Shown: positions 49,542 to 60,073, numbered from the stretch's first letter. The stretch: DNA of 64,000 nucleotides from Fimbriimonadaceae bacterium (GCA_019638675.1 JAHBTE010000001.1:278605-342604), one strand, 5' to 3'. Translations and numbers: made by a program. Notes: generated from the letters alone by a model not told the origin.

Positions 49542-51257
49542 CTATTTACCTTTGTAGTTCATCACTACCGGAGTAGATTCTCTACCTTTCGCTGAAATCG
49601 CGGTCACTGTAACGCGATAGTTGTCAGCTTTCGAACCAAGAACGCCTTTCAGCTGGATTGCATCAGTTGCAAACGTTCCATCTTCCTTGACTTCGAGCTC
49701 GACCTCTCGTACTAATCCCGAGGTTTCAAGGAGTCCAAGCAGACTGCTTGTGTATTCCACTTTCACTCGAACTGTTTTAGCGTTCGATGCCGTGCCTTTT
49801 ACGACTAGGGAATCGCCCAAAGTTGAATCTGCAACTGGTGATGTCACGACTGGCTTTGGAGTCGAGGCTCCAACCATCGTAATCGTTTTGTCGGTTGCAT
49901 ATTCAAGGCGCTCGCCTCGAGCGTTTTCCATAACCACGATAATTGGAGTTTCGTCAAATGCATCTCCTTTTGCTACCGTGTAAGTTGCAGTCATGGTGCT
50001 TCCTGGATCGCCAACCATTTGGCGTAATGTTCCTTGCTGACCAAACTTCACCCAGGCACGACGCATGGTGGAGTCAACCTTTGCCGACATTTGAATGCGG
50101 TCACCTGGCTCGACTACTGATGGACTATCCAATGTGAAAGACTGGACAAGGTTTGTTGCATAGACCACGTCGAAGTCTGTTTCAACAGTGCTGATGTTGC
50201 CTGCCATATCCGCAACGGTTAGCTTCACATTGTGCATCCCTTCGCTGAGATCAGAATCTGGCTTCAAAAGGATAAGCTTGTCGGTGACATAAGCTGAGCT
50301 AGTCATATCCTTGCCATCAACCCATAAGCGAACAGAGCTTCTGTCAACTCCGCTACCGTTCATATCTTGGAGTTCAGCAGTGATCACTGGCCGTTTTTGA
50401 ACTAGTTTCTGCAACCGGGTTGGTTCAAAGTTCACAATGTTTGGCTTAGTGTTATCAACTTTAAGCGATTGAGTGGTGCGTATAGCTACTCGCTGCGAGT
50501 TCATTCCAACTACCGCAAAAGCATCTTCATCTTCAAACGAAACTCGTTGAACACCGGCATCTGGCACTGTATAAGAAGCCGTATAGTTGCCCGGCGTGGT
50601 CTCAGTGAACTTAATCTGAATTTGACCTTCATTTAAGTAAAGAGTCGCTGGTTGCTTAGGGCTTGCTTTGAGCGCAAAGGTGATCTGTTCCCCACTCCGC
50701 ATCCAGCCCGAACCTGTATGAGTCAAAGCTGTTGCCTGCGGCAATCCCGTCACATCGCCAGGGATTGGGGAGGTGATCACTTCATCTCGTGTGATCAAAA
50801 CTGTTTCGTCGGCGGCTCGCCAGCGAACTTCTGCACCAAATGCTTCCCCAAAGAATCGGAGAGGAACAAAGGTTCGTCCCTTTACAGCTTGAGCCGGAAC
50901 GTCAAGCAAAACTAATCTGTCGTTTACGGTTGCTTCGCGATCGCCGAGGCGAAGCTTGACAACTGTCTCATCTTGGCTTGCCGTAATAACATTGGTAGCG
51001 GGATCAAATTTAACGTCAATCCCCATCCCTTCTAACACAGCGCGTAATGGGACAAGAACCCGCCCGCCTGTCATTGTTGGTTTAGCATCTGGGAATCGCA
51101 AATAATTCCCGTTGTACTGCACGGCAATATCTGCCAATGCGACCGCACTAAATGCGAGAAGTGCGACCGTGGTCGAGAGTGCTTTTCCAATATTCATAGC
51201 ACTTTGATAATAAGAATCTGGGCGTGAAGCTTCCGTAGACGCCCGGCGGAGAAGCAT
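49542..51257 (-). CDS. Large secreted protein: stalk (Cu-amine-oxidase-N-like) domain followed by Ig-like/beta-sandwich repeats (likely start Met 51197)
   Basis: 571 aa. N-terminal GGRVLVPLRAVLEGMGIDVKFD ... GRTFVPLRFFGEAFGAEV, then repeated beta-rich segments (VTAEL, LTVADMAGN). Confidence 0.6.
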   Translation of the reverse strand: MLLRRASTEASRPDSYYQSAMNIGKALSTTVALLAFSAVALADIAVQYNGNYLRFPDAKPTMTGGRVLVPLRAVLEGMGIDVKFDPATNVITASQDETVVKLRLGDREATVNDRLVLLDVPAQAVKGRTFVPLRFFGEAFGAEVRWRAADETVLITRDEVITSPIPGDVTGLPQATALTHTGSGWMRSGEQITFALKASPKQPATLYLNEGQIQIKFTETTPGNYTASYTVPDAGVQRVSFEDEDAFAVVGMNSQRVAIRTTQSLKVDNTKPNIVNFEPTRLQKLVQKRPVITAELQDMNGSGVDRSSVRLWVDGKDMTSSAYVTDKLILLKPDSDLSEGMHNVKLTVADMAGNISTVETDFDVVYATNLVQSFTLDSPSVVEPGDRIQMSAKVDSTMRRAWVKFGQQGTLRQMVGDPGSTMTATYTVAKGDAFDETPIIVVMENARGERLEYATDKTITMVGASTPKPVVTSPVADSTLGDSLVVKGTASNAKTVRVKVEYTSSLLGLLETSGLVREVELEVKEDGTFATDAIQLKGVLGSKADNYRVTVTAISAKGRESTPVVMNYKGK

Positions 51258-51313
51258 ATATTAAATATAAAAATCTCGAATTCAACGATAGGCAAGCAGT
51301 ATTATCCGCTTAG

Positions 51314-51652
51314 ATGGTCAGTGTTATCGCCTTTGTGCGACCCCACAAAATCGAGGAAATCAAGTCTGCGCTTGCTTTGCTTCCGATTTCGGGATTGACA
51401 ATCGCCGACGCCCGGGGAGCAGGAAATAATCCTGAAACTCCTATTTCATTTATGGGCAAATCAATGGCTATCCCGCTCCCGATTCGCACAATGGTTGAAG
51501 TGGTTGTTCCCGCCGCATTAGCCGAAACCGTGATCACTGCTATTCGCAAAGCCGCTTATACTAGTGAACCGGGCGACGGAAAGATATTTGTCGAGAAAAT
51601 TAATCAAGCTATTAGAATTAGAACTTTAGAACGGGACATTGACGCAGTTTGA
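51314..51652 (+). CDS. P-II family signal-transduction protein with divergent T-loop (orphan)
   Basis: 112 aa. Colinear with GlnB (IAFVRPHKIEEIKSAL, GDGKIFVEKINQAIRIRT). T-loop residues R38/Q39/Y51 of GlnB are replaced (N, N, M). Confidence 0.7.
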   Translation: MVSVIAFVRPHKIEEIKSALALLPISGLTIADARGAGNNPETPISFMGKSMAIPLPIRTMVEVVVPAALAETVITAIRKAAYTSEPGDGKIFVEKINQAIRIRTLERDIDAV

Positions 51653-51705
51653 GTTACTTCGCGCGTCGAAAGGCGTCATAATTCAAGCGAGGCCCAATTC
51701 GACCG

Positions 51706-53409
51706 ATGTTTGCAAAGAGATTTCTTGGTGTTGGACTGCTGACTTCAATTACTGCCCTATCCATGGCAGCTATGACAATGACCGTTGACCTCAAAGAAGG
51801 TCAGGCTATCAGTGGTTCCTATAAGTTCGACGTGCGTGTGCAATCCGATTCCGTTGTTAATAGCGTAGAGTTCTACCTTGGCGACGACCTTCGAGATACT
51901 GATGAAAGCACCCCCTACCAATTTGGTATTGATACCTTAGCTGAAGCTGAAGGCAAAGTAAAAGTTACTTTTGCCGCATACAACGGTGCAGGCGAATCGG
52001 TTAAAAAGAGTTTCAACATTGTCATCGACAATCAGTTGAGTAAAGGTCTGAAATTCCACGTAGACCGCGCTACTGAGCTAACACGGGACGGTAAGTACGA
52101 CGACGCTGTTCAAGCTGCTCGAATCGCTCTTAAGATAGACAAAAACGACAACACTGCCCGTATGGCTATGGCTCGTGCCAATTACGCCATGAAGGTTTAC
52201 GATGTCGCGCAAAAGTACGCCGAAGACGTCGTAATGTCCGACCCTAAGAACGTTGACGGCAAGGCTCTGTTGGCGGCAATCAATCTACGTCGCGCATTCG
52301 CGGCAAGCGGTGGTAATGCAGCGGAAACAAATCGGATCATCAAGGATGCTTTGGTCAATGCGGCCAGCGCACAACGCGACATTCTCATCCTAGAAGCCGA
52401 TGCGGTTAAACGCCCAACCTCAGGAAGTTTAGTGCCTTATCTCGATGCGCAAATCAAAGCCATGCGATACAACGTTGTTGCAACGACTTTGCGTGCTGAT
52501 TACGAAAAGAATATGGACGATCCGGCTCTTACGAACCGATTCCTGCTGGCACTTTACAACACTGGTCGATTTGAAGAAGCTCTGAAGGTGATCAACAATA
52601 TTGATCGGTACGGTAGCCCCGATGCTTATTACTTTAGCTTGAAGTCACTTGTACTACAAGCGCTCGGTAATACTGCTGCATCCGAAAGTGCAGAAAAGGA
52701 AGTCATTCTAGAAGACCCTTCAGGCGCATTGAGCAAATATACGCAAGCTCAGCTTGCCCTTATGCGACGCAGAATTACAATCGTTCCTGGGTTTGTCGCT
52801 GAACTTGAACGGTCGGCTCCATCTAGCGCGGATGTGGATTACTTGAAGTCCGCAGTAGCGTTTATGGGCACTGACTTTGACCGTGCTTTGACCTCTGTTC
52901 AGAATGGTCTCCTTTCCAACCCAGCTCACGTTGCTCTGTTAGTTGAGCGTGGCAATCAGATTCTGGAATCAATATTCTCGCAGAATCTAACTGGCGACGC
53001 TCTTTCTGACCGCGCGACATTAGCTCAAGCATATTTTGAGGCAGCATTGGCAGCAAGGCCCGAATCGTTCCAGGCGTTAGTTGCTATGACGTATTCGCAC
53101 ATGGTCAACGGACAAACCGAAAAAGCGGTTGGCTATGCACGTGCCGCAGTAGCGGCTGCACCTGAATACGGTGGAGCCTACTACGCTCTTGCAGGTGCGC
53201 TTCGACAAGCGCAAGTCGATGCTCAAGCGGATATTTCAAAGCGAGCTGTGGCTTTGACCTACCGAGATCAAGCTGATGCCGCGCTCTTGCGAGCTGGGCA
53301 ATTAGATAGCCGACTCAAGGGCCAAATCGCTCCTAATGGAAAATCCATTTGGCAATACTCGTACTATGCAGGTCGCACAGCGATCCTTCCAATGCCTCCG
53401 AAAGAATAA
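51706..53409 (+). CDS. Secreted TPR-repeat protein with N-terminal Ig-like domain
   Basis: 567 aa. Signal peptide, SGSYKFDVRVQSDSVVNSVEFYLGDD (Ig-like), then Ala-rich TPR-like helices. Confidence 0.55.
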   Translation: MFAKRFLGVGLLTSITALSMAAMTMTVDLKEGQAISGSYKFDVRVQSDSVVNSVEFYLGDDLRDTDESTPYQFGIDTLAEAEGKVKVTFAAYNGAGESVKKSFNIVIDNQLSKGLKFHVDRATELTRDGKYDDAVQAARIALKIDKNDNTARMAMARANYAMKVYDVAQKYAEDVVMSDPKNVDGKALLAAINLRRAFAASGGNAAETNRIIKDALVNAASAQRDILILEADAVKRPTSGSLVPYLDAQIKAMRYNVVATTLRADYEKNMDDPALTNRFLLALYNTGRFEEALKVINNIDRYGSPDAYYFSLKSLVLQALGNTAASESAEKEVILEDPSGALSKYTQAQLALMRRRITIVPGFVAELERSAPSSADVDYLKSAVAFMGTDFDRALTSVQNGLLSNPAHVALLVERGNQILESIFSQNLTGDALSDRATLAQAYFEAALAARPESFQALVAMTYSHMVNGQTEKAVGYARAAVAAAPEYGGAYYALAGALRQAQVDAQADISKRAVALTYRDQADAALLRAGQLDSRLKGQIAPNGKSIWQYSYYAGRTAILPMPPKE

Positions 53410-53430
53410 GGTTCATTGAACCTGTAAAAA

Positions 53431-53466
53431 GGCGTCGTCCGGTCCTTTCCGGGCGACGCCTTTTTT
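53431..53466 (+). terminator. Intrinsic terminator
   Basis: GGCGTCG(T)CCGG ... CCGGGCGACGCC stem followed by TTTTTT. Confidence 0.8.
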
Positions 53467-53494
53467 ATGTGCCCAGGTATAGTCTTGCTCGTAT

Positions 53495-53571
53495 CGGGGC
53501 GTGGCTCAGCTTGGTAGAGCGCTTCTCTGGGGGGGAAGAGGTCGCGAGTTCGAATCTCGCCGCTCCGACCA
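53495..53571 (+). tRNA. tRNA-Pro(GGG): tRNA-Pro (anticodon GGG), CCA encoded
   Basis: Manual cloverleaf: acceptor CGGGGCG/CGCTCCG, D arm GCTC-AGCTTGGTA-GAGC, anticodon arm CTTCT-CTGGGGG-GGAAG (G37), variable AGGTC, T arm GCGAG-TTCGAAT-CTCGC, A, CCA. 77 nt. Confidence 0.9.
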
Positions 53572-53696
53572 AAATTTTCTTAAATACTAAGTCTTTCTGA
53601 ATTCAAATCCCAAGTTGCTCAAATCACATTCAAATCATCTGAACCAAACTTGGTCTAGAGGTACAGTTCTTGCAGGAAAGAAATTACGGCAGTTGA

Positions 53697-54584
53697 ATGA
53701 AACATCTTTTGAAAGTAATGAGACCCAAACAATGGGCAAAAAACTTGCTTGTGTTTGCGGCGATTATTTTCGCAGCGCGTATAACTGATTTTAACGCCAT
53801 TTCAGATACCCTGCTCGCATTCTTCGCTATGTGTTTAGCAAGTTCGGGCACCTATATCGCCAACGATATTTTCGATGCTCCAAGAGATCGAGCACATCCG
53901 AAAAAAAAATCACGCCCGATTGCCGCTGGCTTAATTCCTGTTCCCCTCGCGATCGTGTATTCCGGCGTACTCCTAATCAGTGGAATCACGTTGGCTTACA
54001 TGGCCGGGAGAGGATGTGCCTATATTGTGCTCATTTACCTGGCTTTGCAAATTGTTTATAATGCCAAGCTCAAACATGTGGCTATTGCCGACGTGTTTAT
54101 TATCGCAGCCGGGTTTATCTTAAGAGCGGCAATCGGTGCAAAAGCGATTGAAGCTCCAATGTCAGGTTGGATGTTTATCGTTACTGGGGTGCTAGCACTG
54201 ACCCTGGGGTTTGCTAAGCGTCGTAACGAGTTCATTTCCCAGGGAGAAGACCGCACACAATCTCGCGAATCTCTAGCCGACTACAGTAAGTCTACTCTTG
54301 ATGCGCTTGTGTTAATGTTTGCGAGTATGTCGTGTATGTCTTACTGTATTTACGCTATGGAATCTTCGACCGCCAAAGCCCATCCAGCGATAGTATTTAC
54401 GTCGCCTATGGTGCTCTATGGTGTTGCCCGGTACGTTCAAATCGTCTTTAAGAGAGATGAAGGAGGCGAACCCGCCGATCTTCTTTTCAAAGATCCACAT
54501 ATACTTTCGTCGGTCATTCTATTCATTGCTGTGGCTATCTTTGCAATTTCAACTCAAACAGTGCCCATTTTGGAGAATTCATAG
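53697..54584 (+). CDS. UbiA-family decaprenyl-phosphate phosphoribosyltransferase-like enzyme
   Basis: 295 aa. MRPKQWAKNLLVFAAIIFA start and NDIFDAPRDRAHPKKKSRPIAAG (ND-x3-D motif) match the Rv3806c-type DPPR synthase subfamily. Confidence 0.7.
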   Translation: MKHLLKVMRPKQWAKNLLVFAAIIFAARITDFNAISDTLLAFFAMCLASSGTYIANDIFDAPRDRAHPKKKSRPIAAGLIPVPLAIVYSGVLLISGITLAYMAGRGCAYIVLIYLALQIVYNAKLKHVAIADVFIIAAGFILRAAIGAKAIEAPMSGWMFIVTGVLALTLGFAKRRNEFISQGEDRTQSRESLADYSKSTLDALVLMFASMSCMSYCIYAMESSTAKAHPAIVFTSPMVLYGVARYVQIVFKRDEGGEPADLLFKDPHILSSVILFIAVAIFAISTQTVPILENS

Positions 54585-55321
54585 TGCCAACCAGCGTTAT
54601 CGGAGTCAAAGCCATCGTCGTCGGAGCATCTTCTGGCATTGGTCGAGAAATCACCCGCCAAATCGCGGACGGAGGAGGCTTGGTTGTTGCCGTTGCCCGT
54701 CGAGGCGACCGGTTAGAAGAACTCGCCGCGCTTTATCCTGGTCGTATTTTCCCAATGGTGCAAGACGTTACCGATCATGACTCCATCCCCAGCACATTCA
54801 TTGAAGCCACCGACAAACTAACGGGTCTGAACTTATTTGTCTATGCCAGCGGAGTGATGCCGGAAGTCGGGCCACAAGAATTCAACATCGAAAAAGACCA
54901 GCAGATGATTGATGTCAACATCAGTGGCGCAGTGGCTTGGATCAACCAAGCCGCTTTGCGGATGCAGGGCACTAAACACGGCTCTATCGTCGCAATCGGT
55001 AGCGTCGCTGGCGAACGTGGTCGCTGGGAACAGCCTGTATACAACGCATCCAAAACGTTTTTGCACGCCTACATGGAAGCGGTTCGGAACCGAGTCAGTC
55101 GGTACGGTGTTCACGTAGTTACGATCAAGCCTGGGCCTGTACAGACTGAAATGACGGAGCGGCTAAAGCTGAAAAATGCAATGTCTGCTGAGGCCGCCGC
55201 AGAGAAAATCCTTGCTTTGCGAAATCGCACCGGTGAGCACTACCTGAAGTTCACTCATCTCATTGCATTCGCGATTATCCGAAACATTCCCTCATTCCTT
55301 TTCCGCAGGCTCAAAATATGA
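54584..55321 (+). CDS. SDR, DprE2-like (decaprenylphospho-2-keto-ribose reductase type)
   Basis: 245 aa, GTG start sharing a nucleotide with the upstream stop. VVGASSGIG, YNASK catalytic motif. Position between the UbiA and DprE1-like genes. Confidence 0.6.
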   Translation: MPTSVIGVKAIVVGASSGIGREITRQIADGGGLVVAVARRGDRLEELAALYPGRIFPMVQDVTDHDSIPSTFIEATDKLTGLNLFVYASGVMPEVGPQEFNIEKDQQMIDVNISGAVAWINQAALRMQGTKHGSIVAIGSVAGERGRWEQPVYNASKTFLHAYMEAVRNRVSRYGVHVVTIKPGPVQTEMTERLKLKNAMSAEAAAEKILALRNRTGEHYLKFTHLIAFAIIRNIPSFLFRRLKI

Positions 55322-56736
55322 CCGCCGACCTCAACCGCATGACTCATGTCACCGGTTTTGGCCTTGTTACCGGAGCCGATAGCTATCTTTATCGTCCGAC
55401 AAGCGAAGACGAAGTCGCCGACATCTTAGAACTGGCGCGAAGGTCGGGAAGGCAGATCACCCTTCGAGGGGCAGGGCGCAGTTATGGTGACGCAAATATC
55501 GGCTCAGAAACTATCCTCCTCGATATCTCTCGCATGAACCAGATACTTCATTTCGATTCCGCACAAGGAACGATTGATTGCCAGGCCGGGGTGACTTTGG
55601 AGCAGATCTGGCGCCATGTGATTGAGGATGGATACTGGCCCCCCGTTGTGAGCGGCACAATGTTCCCCACTCTTGCCGGCGCGTTAGGAATGAATCTCCA
55701 CGGCAAGAACGCCTTCCAAGCTGGCCCAATCGGGAATTTTGTGCTGGAATACGATGTCGTTTTCCCCAACGGAACCCGCCGAACTCTTAATCAGAACAGC
55801 CCTCTGTTCTCAAAAATAATTTCCTCTGCCGGATTGCTCGGCGTTATTACCCGCGTTAAGTTGAAGCTTAAAAAAATCCAGTCGGGTGATCTCAGAGTGC
55901 TCCCTATATCTGTCCCGAATTGGCAAGCTCAATTTGCAGCATTTGAAGAGTTCAATGGCCAAGCGGATTACATGGTGAGTTGGATTGACTGCTTCGCGAA
56001 AGGAGAAAAGGCAGGTCGCGGATTATTCCACACGGCTTGGTATTTGGATGATGCTAGCGATGCGCCGCTTTCCCTCCGTCCTGAACATCAGGATTTACCC
56101 GACACGATCCTCGGGCGATTCCCCAAATCTACCGTTTGGCGATACCTCAAAAAACTCAATAATCGCCCGGGGATGAAGTTCACCAACTGGGGCAAGTATC
56201 TTTCTGCAAAACTTTTGGGCAACGGAAAACCCCATCCCCAAAGCCTGGTCGGCTTCTCATTCCTTTTGGATTACGTGCCAGGATGGCGAAAAGCATATCT
56301 TCCCGGCGGGTTTATTCAGATTCAAACTTTTGTGCCGAAAGAGCATGCGCCCCGAGTATTTGCCGAACAATTGCGCTTACAGCAAGAGGCAAAACTGGAG
56401 TCGTTTCTGGGCGTGATGAAACGGCATATTCCCGACCAATTCTTATTCAGCCATGGTGTTGACGGGTATTCACTAGCTCTAGATTTCAAAGTCACAAAAT
56501 CCAACAAAGAAAGAGTTTGGCAACTCGCACACGCGATTAACGACCTTGTGCTTACCGCTGGCGGAAAGTTTTATTTGGCAAAAGACAGCACCTTGCGACC
56601 AGAGGATTTTAAACAGTCACTTGGCGACGAAGCCTTTGCTGAATACGCTCGCCTTAAATTGGAACTTGACCCGGATGCGATCCTCACCAGCGATTTGGCA
56701 AAACGACTCTTGCTAGACCCAAGATCAGTTGGTTAA
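55318..56736 (+). CDS. FAD-binding oxidase, DprE1-like (decaprenylphosphoryl-ribose 2'-oxidase type)
   Basis: 472 aa. PCMH-type FAD domain with [12 protein letters not shown]. 4-nt overlap with the SDR gene. Confidence 0.6.
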   Translation: MTADLNRMTHVTGFGLVTGADSYLYRPTSEDEVADILELARRSGRQITLRGAGRSYGDANIGSETILLDISRMNQILHFDSAQGTIDCQAGVTLEQIWRHVIEDGYWPPVVSGTMFPTLAGALGMNLHGKNAFQAGPIGNFVLEYDVVFPNGTRRTLNQNSPLFSKIISSAGLLGVITRVKLKLKKIQSGDLRVLPISVPNWQAQFAAFEEFNGQADYMVSWIDCFAKGEKAGRGLFHTAWYLDDASDAPLSLRPEHQDLPDTILGRFPKSTVWRYLKKLNNRPGMKFTNWGKYLSAKLLGNGKPHPQSLVGFSFLLDYVPGWRKAYLPGGFIQIQTFVPKEHAPRVFAEQLRLQQEAKLESFLGVMKRHIPDQFLFSHGVDGYSLALDFKVTKSNKERVWQLAHAINDLVLTAGGKFYLAKDSTLRPEDFKQSLGDEAFAEYARLKLELDPDAILTSDLAKRLLLDPRSVG

Positions 56737-57822
56737 GTGCTTCCACACCAAGTCGCCAACGTGAGCCATACCAACTAAATCTCCGGTCAAATGCTCGGCT
56801 TTCCCAACAACCGCGCACGGAACGTATTCGCGGCTATGATCGGAACTCTCATCGGTTGGGTCATTCCCATGGTCTGCCGTCAGGATAAGTAAATCGTCTG
56901 CCGTGAGCATAGATAAAAGCTCACCGAGCATAACGTCGAATTCTTCCAGACATCGGGCAAATCCCACCGGATCACTGCGGTGACCGTAGAGCATATCGAA
57001 ATCCTCAAAGTTCGCAAAAACGAACTCATTCGACTCACTCAATTTCGATTTGAGCATCGACCAATGTTCGGCGTTATTTTGCGTGCGTTTGATTTGCTGG
57101 AAGCCTCGCCCATCGAATAGTTCTGGCACGACGCCGATCCCGAGTACAGAACCGAACTTGGCCGCTATGCGATCTACTAAGTTTTCGGGTGGCGTGACAG
57201 GGAAATCTTTTCGGTTCTCGGTTCTGTGCCATGCCCCAGGTTCACCGACAAATGGTCGTGCTATGACCCTCTGCACGTTGTTAGGTGCAACACAAAGACG
57301 TCGTGCGATTCGGCACCAGTCGTAAAGTTGTTCGACCGGAACAACGTCTTCGTGGGCGGCTATCTGAAAAACTGAGTCCGCCGACGTGTACAAAATCGGT
57401 TTCCCGCTGGCGACGTGTTCTTCGCCTAGTTCTGCAATGATCGTTGTCCCGCTGGCTGGTTTGTTTCCAATAATTGCGCGCCCGATTTCACGTTCAAACT
57501 CGGCGACTAAGTCACTTGGGAATCCGTTGGGATAAGTTGGAAAAGCAACGTCGGTCACTACTCCCATCATCTCCCAATGACCAGTGACTGAATCTTTCCC
57601 CCTGCTCAGAGGAAGCAAGCGCGCATAGTTTGCGGTCTGGGCATCACCAATGCCGCATGCCGCCAGATAGCCGACTTGAGCTAGATTTGGCGCATGAAAC
57701 CCGCCTAGATGGTTCCACACGTTCTGCACGGTGTGAACCATTGCAACATCGTTGAACTCGGCAAAATCCGGAGCCGCCCCAGCCCCACACCCATCTAGAA
57801 CCACAACGATTGCCCGCTTCAC
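56725..57822 (-). CDS. deoB: Phosphopentomutase
   Basis: 365 aa. [20 protein letters not shown]-terminus and metal-site motif TADHGNDPT...DHSREYVP. Confidence 0.8.
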   Translation of the reverse strand: MKRAIVVVLDGCGAGAAPDFAEFNDVAMVHTVQNVWNHLGGFHAPNLAQVGYLAACGIGDAQTANYARLLPLSRGKDSVTGHWEMMGVVTDVAFPTYPNGFPSDLVAEFEREIGRAIIGNKPASGTTIIAELGEEHVASGKPILYTSADSVFQIAAHEDVVPVEQLYDWCRIARRLCVAPNNVQRVIARPFVGEPGAWHRTENRKDFPVTPPENLVDRIAAKFGSVLGIGVVPELFDGRGFQQIKRTQNNAEHWSMLKSKLSESNEFVFANFEDFDMLYGHRSDPVGFARCLEEFDVMLGELLSMLTADDLLILTADHGNDPTDESSDHSREYVPCAVVGKAEHLTGDLVGMAHVGDLVWKHLTN

Positions 57823-57831
57823 AGGTTCAGG

Positions 57832-58761
57832 CTACCCACTCGCCGCCGCGATCACCGAGTCCGCATCTAATCCGTGCCGCTCACAGTATCGCCGGAATAG
57901 GTTATGCGCCGAAGAATAACTGCTGAACGGAGACATAAAGTGGGCGAATTCAAAAGTGATGATTTTCTCCGCGGTCTTGCTCGCCGCTCCCATTTTGAGA
58001 TTCAAATACCGAAAATCAGCGGGAGGAAATCTGATCGGCATATCGCGGTCAAACGATTCGACGTTCGACCAAATTGTGATTCCGTGTTTATCGCCGAGCG
58101 CCTTCACACCTTGCAAGAATCCTGGCAATTCTCGGTACTGAATCTGCCCATCTTGGAACGCGCAGATATCAACGACTTCATGTGCCGCTTCAAAAATCTT
58201 GTCCCAATGGTCGAGGCTTTCTTCTAAGGTAAATGTTGCACCTTGAGCGAACTGCTTGCTCCCCATTGGGAACGGGCTGATCAGCACCGGAAGGTCTCGG
58301 ATTTGTTTGCAGTATCCGCCAATGTGACTGAACAGTTCGATGATATGGGAGCTATTGCTCCCTGTTTCGTGGCACAAATACCACCCTTTAAACGCCGGAT
58401 GGCTTGCATACTTTTCACCGACTTCATCCAGAAGCCGCTTATTGAACTCGACTTCTTTCCACCAGGTATTGCGATACCAATAGACGCCGGAGTCAAATGT
58501 GCCCCAATAAAGGTCAAGGCCGACTTCACCCGCCAGATCGAGAAACATCTGGGCAAGATCCTCACGCAATGGAAGAAATTCTCCTCCGCTCTTTACTGGG
58601 AAAATACATTTATCTTGGTAGCTTGCTCGGATGATGATTACCGTATCGATGCCGATCTGCTTGTACAGCTTAAATTCGCGACGCCACTCTTTTTCTCCCC
58701 AGTTCTGACTCGGAATATCGTGGGTGATTTCGTCAATAAAAGTTCCGGTCAATTTGAGCAT
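57832..58761 (-). CDS. DUF4434-like TIM-barrel (glycoside-hydrolase-like) protein
   Basis: 309 aa. N-terminal LTGTFIDEITHDIPSQNWGEKEW matches the DUF4434 start as I remember it. Confidence 0.5.
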   Translation of the reverse strand: MLKLTGTFIDEITHDIPSQNWGEKEWRREFKLYKQIGIDTVIIIRASYQDKCIFPVKSGGEFLPLREDLAQMFLDLAGEVGLDLYWGTFDSGVYWYRNTWWKEVEFNKRLLDEVGEKYASHPAFKGWYLCHETGSNSSHIIELFSHIGGYCKQIRDLPVLISPFPMGSKQFAQGATFTLEESLDHWDKIFEAAHEVVDICAFQDGQIQYRELPGFLQGVKALGDKHGITIWSNVESFDRDMPIRFPPADFRYLNLKMGAASKTAEKIITFEFAHFMSPFSSYSSAHNLFRRYCERHGLDADSVIAAASG

Positions 58762-58799
58762 TGACCGGATTCTATCCCGCTAAGACAAAATGAGCTTGA

Positions 58800-59324
58800 C
58801 TAGTTTTTGAGAAAGGTGGTGAATTCGTGAGAAAACTCGCCAAACATTCTCACCCACTCTTTCACTGTGACTTTTGTGACGCCGGTGGTTAGCAGTAAAT
58901 CTGCGCTAAGCATCGCGTCACCCTCGCGGTCGACATATGCCTTGACATAACGGCGAGAAGCATTCCACTCGTTGATCTTTCGCATATCCGCTACACGGGC
59001 GAGACGATTACCAACTGAAAGACCAAGGCTCGTTACCGGACCGCCTTCGGTATCTGAATACTGATAGAGTGCGCAGAGAATGGATTTATCTTCGTAAACA
59101 TAATACGCCATCAAGCCTTCGCTATCTTTTTCTTCCTGAATCGTAATCTTTTCGCCTTTAAAAGGAACCGCCGCTAATATCTCGCGAAGTTCCAACTCTG
59201 TAAGGGATGTCACCACCTGACCAGAAGACTCACTCATCTGAGTCTTGATTGGCGGGGTTTCTTGGAAGGCGTTCAGTCCGGTGAGGCATCCTAAAAGTAA
59301 TGTTAAGGCCAAAATCATTCTCAT
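58800..59324 (-). CDS. Lipoprotein, function unknown (YbjN-like fold possible)
   Basis: 174 aa. Lipobox LLLGC at residues 9-13. Confidence 0.45.
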   Translation of the reverse strand: MRMILALTLLLGCLTGLNAFQETPPIKTQMSESSGQVVTSLTELELREILAAVPFKGEKITIQEEKDSEGLMAYYVYEDKSILCALYQYSDTEGGPVTSLGLSVGNRLARVADMRKINEWNASRRYVKAYVDREGDAMLSADLLLTTGVTKVTVKEWVRMFGEFSHEFTTFLKN

Positions 59325-59461
59325 TTTTTTACTCTATCATTTACGACGACCAAAGCTCTCAAAATGAGCACAAGAAAATGTTGTGGAAAAGTTTTCTTGC
59401 GGGTATAGGCGCAAGAATAACGTGCCAATAATCTCTCGGGGAGATATACATCTGTTTAGAG

Positions 59462-60019
59462 ATGGATCGGTTAAAAGGGAGACGTGTTAGACTTACATCT
59501 GTCAAAGATGGGCGAGTTTTGACCGCTAAAGTGATTCAGGGCGAACCACTGAGTGCTGTCATCAAGAGCGAAGAATTACATCTCGCTCCGATCGAAGGTG
59601 CCCAAATTGTCGAAGGTTTTTCCACTTCGGATTACATGCTCTGCAAATGTGAAATTGAAAGAGGTCAAAACGACAAAGCCTGGCTCCAGGTTGTCAGTGG
59701 AACTTCCACGACGACTACCGAATACGATCTGAACTTCCTTAACTCCCGGCACCAAGTTCAGGTGAAAAAGAACTACCACAAGTACAAGGGCTTCGCAATC
59801 GGAGCCGGGCAAACTGCCATCGCAGTGGAACTATCCAAAACTATTGAACCGGGTGTATCTATTGACCTAATCCTTCAAGAAGAAGGGCACGAGCTAGAAG
59901 TTCAGGCCACAGTCACCAAATGCACACCGCGAGGAAAAGGATTTCTCGTGATCGCCACACTCGCCGACATGAGCCGCGTAACGAGCATGTATTGGAACCG
60001 ATTGTTAAAGACTGGGTAG
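59462..60019 (+). CDS. Hypothetical protein (weak PilZ-like N-terminal RxxxR)
   Basis: 185-aa ORF. RLKGRRVRL near the N-terminus, but no clear D/NxSxxG partner motif. Confidence 0.4.
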   Translation: MDRLKGRRVRLTSVKDGRVLTAKVIQGEPLSAVIKSEELHLAPIEGAQIVEGFSTSDYMLCKCEIERGQNDKAWLQVVSGTSTTTTEYDLNFLNSRHQVQVKKNYHKYKGFAIGAGQTAIAVELSKTIEPGVSIDLILQEEGHELEVQATVTKCTPRGKGFLVIATLADMSRVTSMYWNRLLKTG

Positions 60020-60073
60020 TGACACCTTTCGCCCAGAGCTATGCGTCCCGATAATCGAACCTGAGCGAATCTC

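Noticed and set aside
51310-51549. 79-aa minus-strand ORF antisense to the P-II gene
   Set aside because: It is a shadow ORF. The plus-strand frame has unmistakable P-II family motifs.
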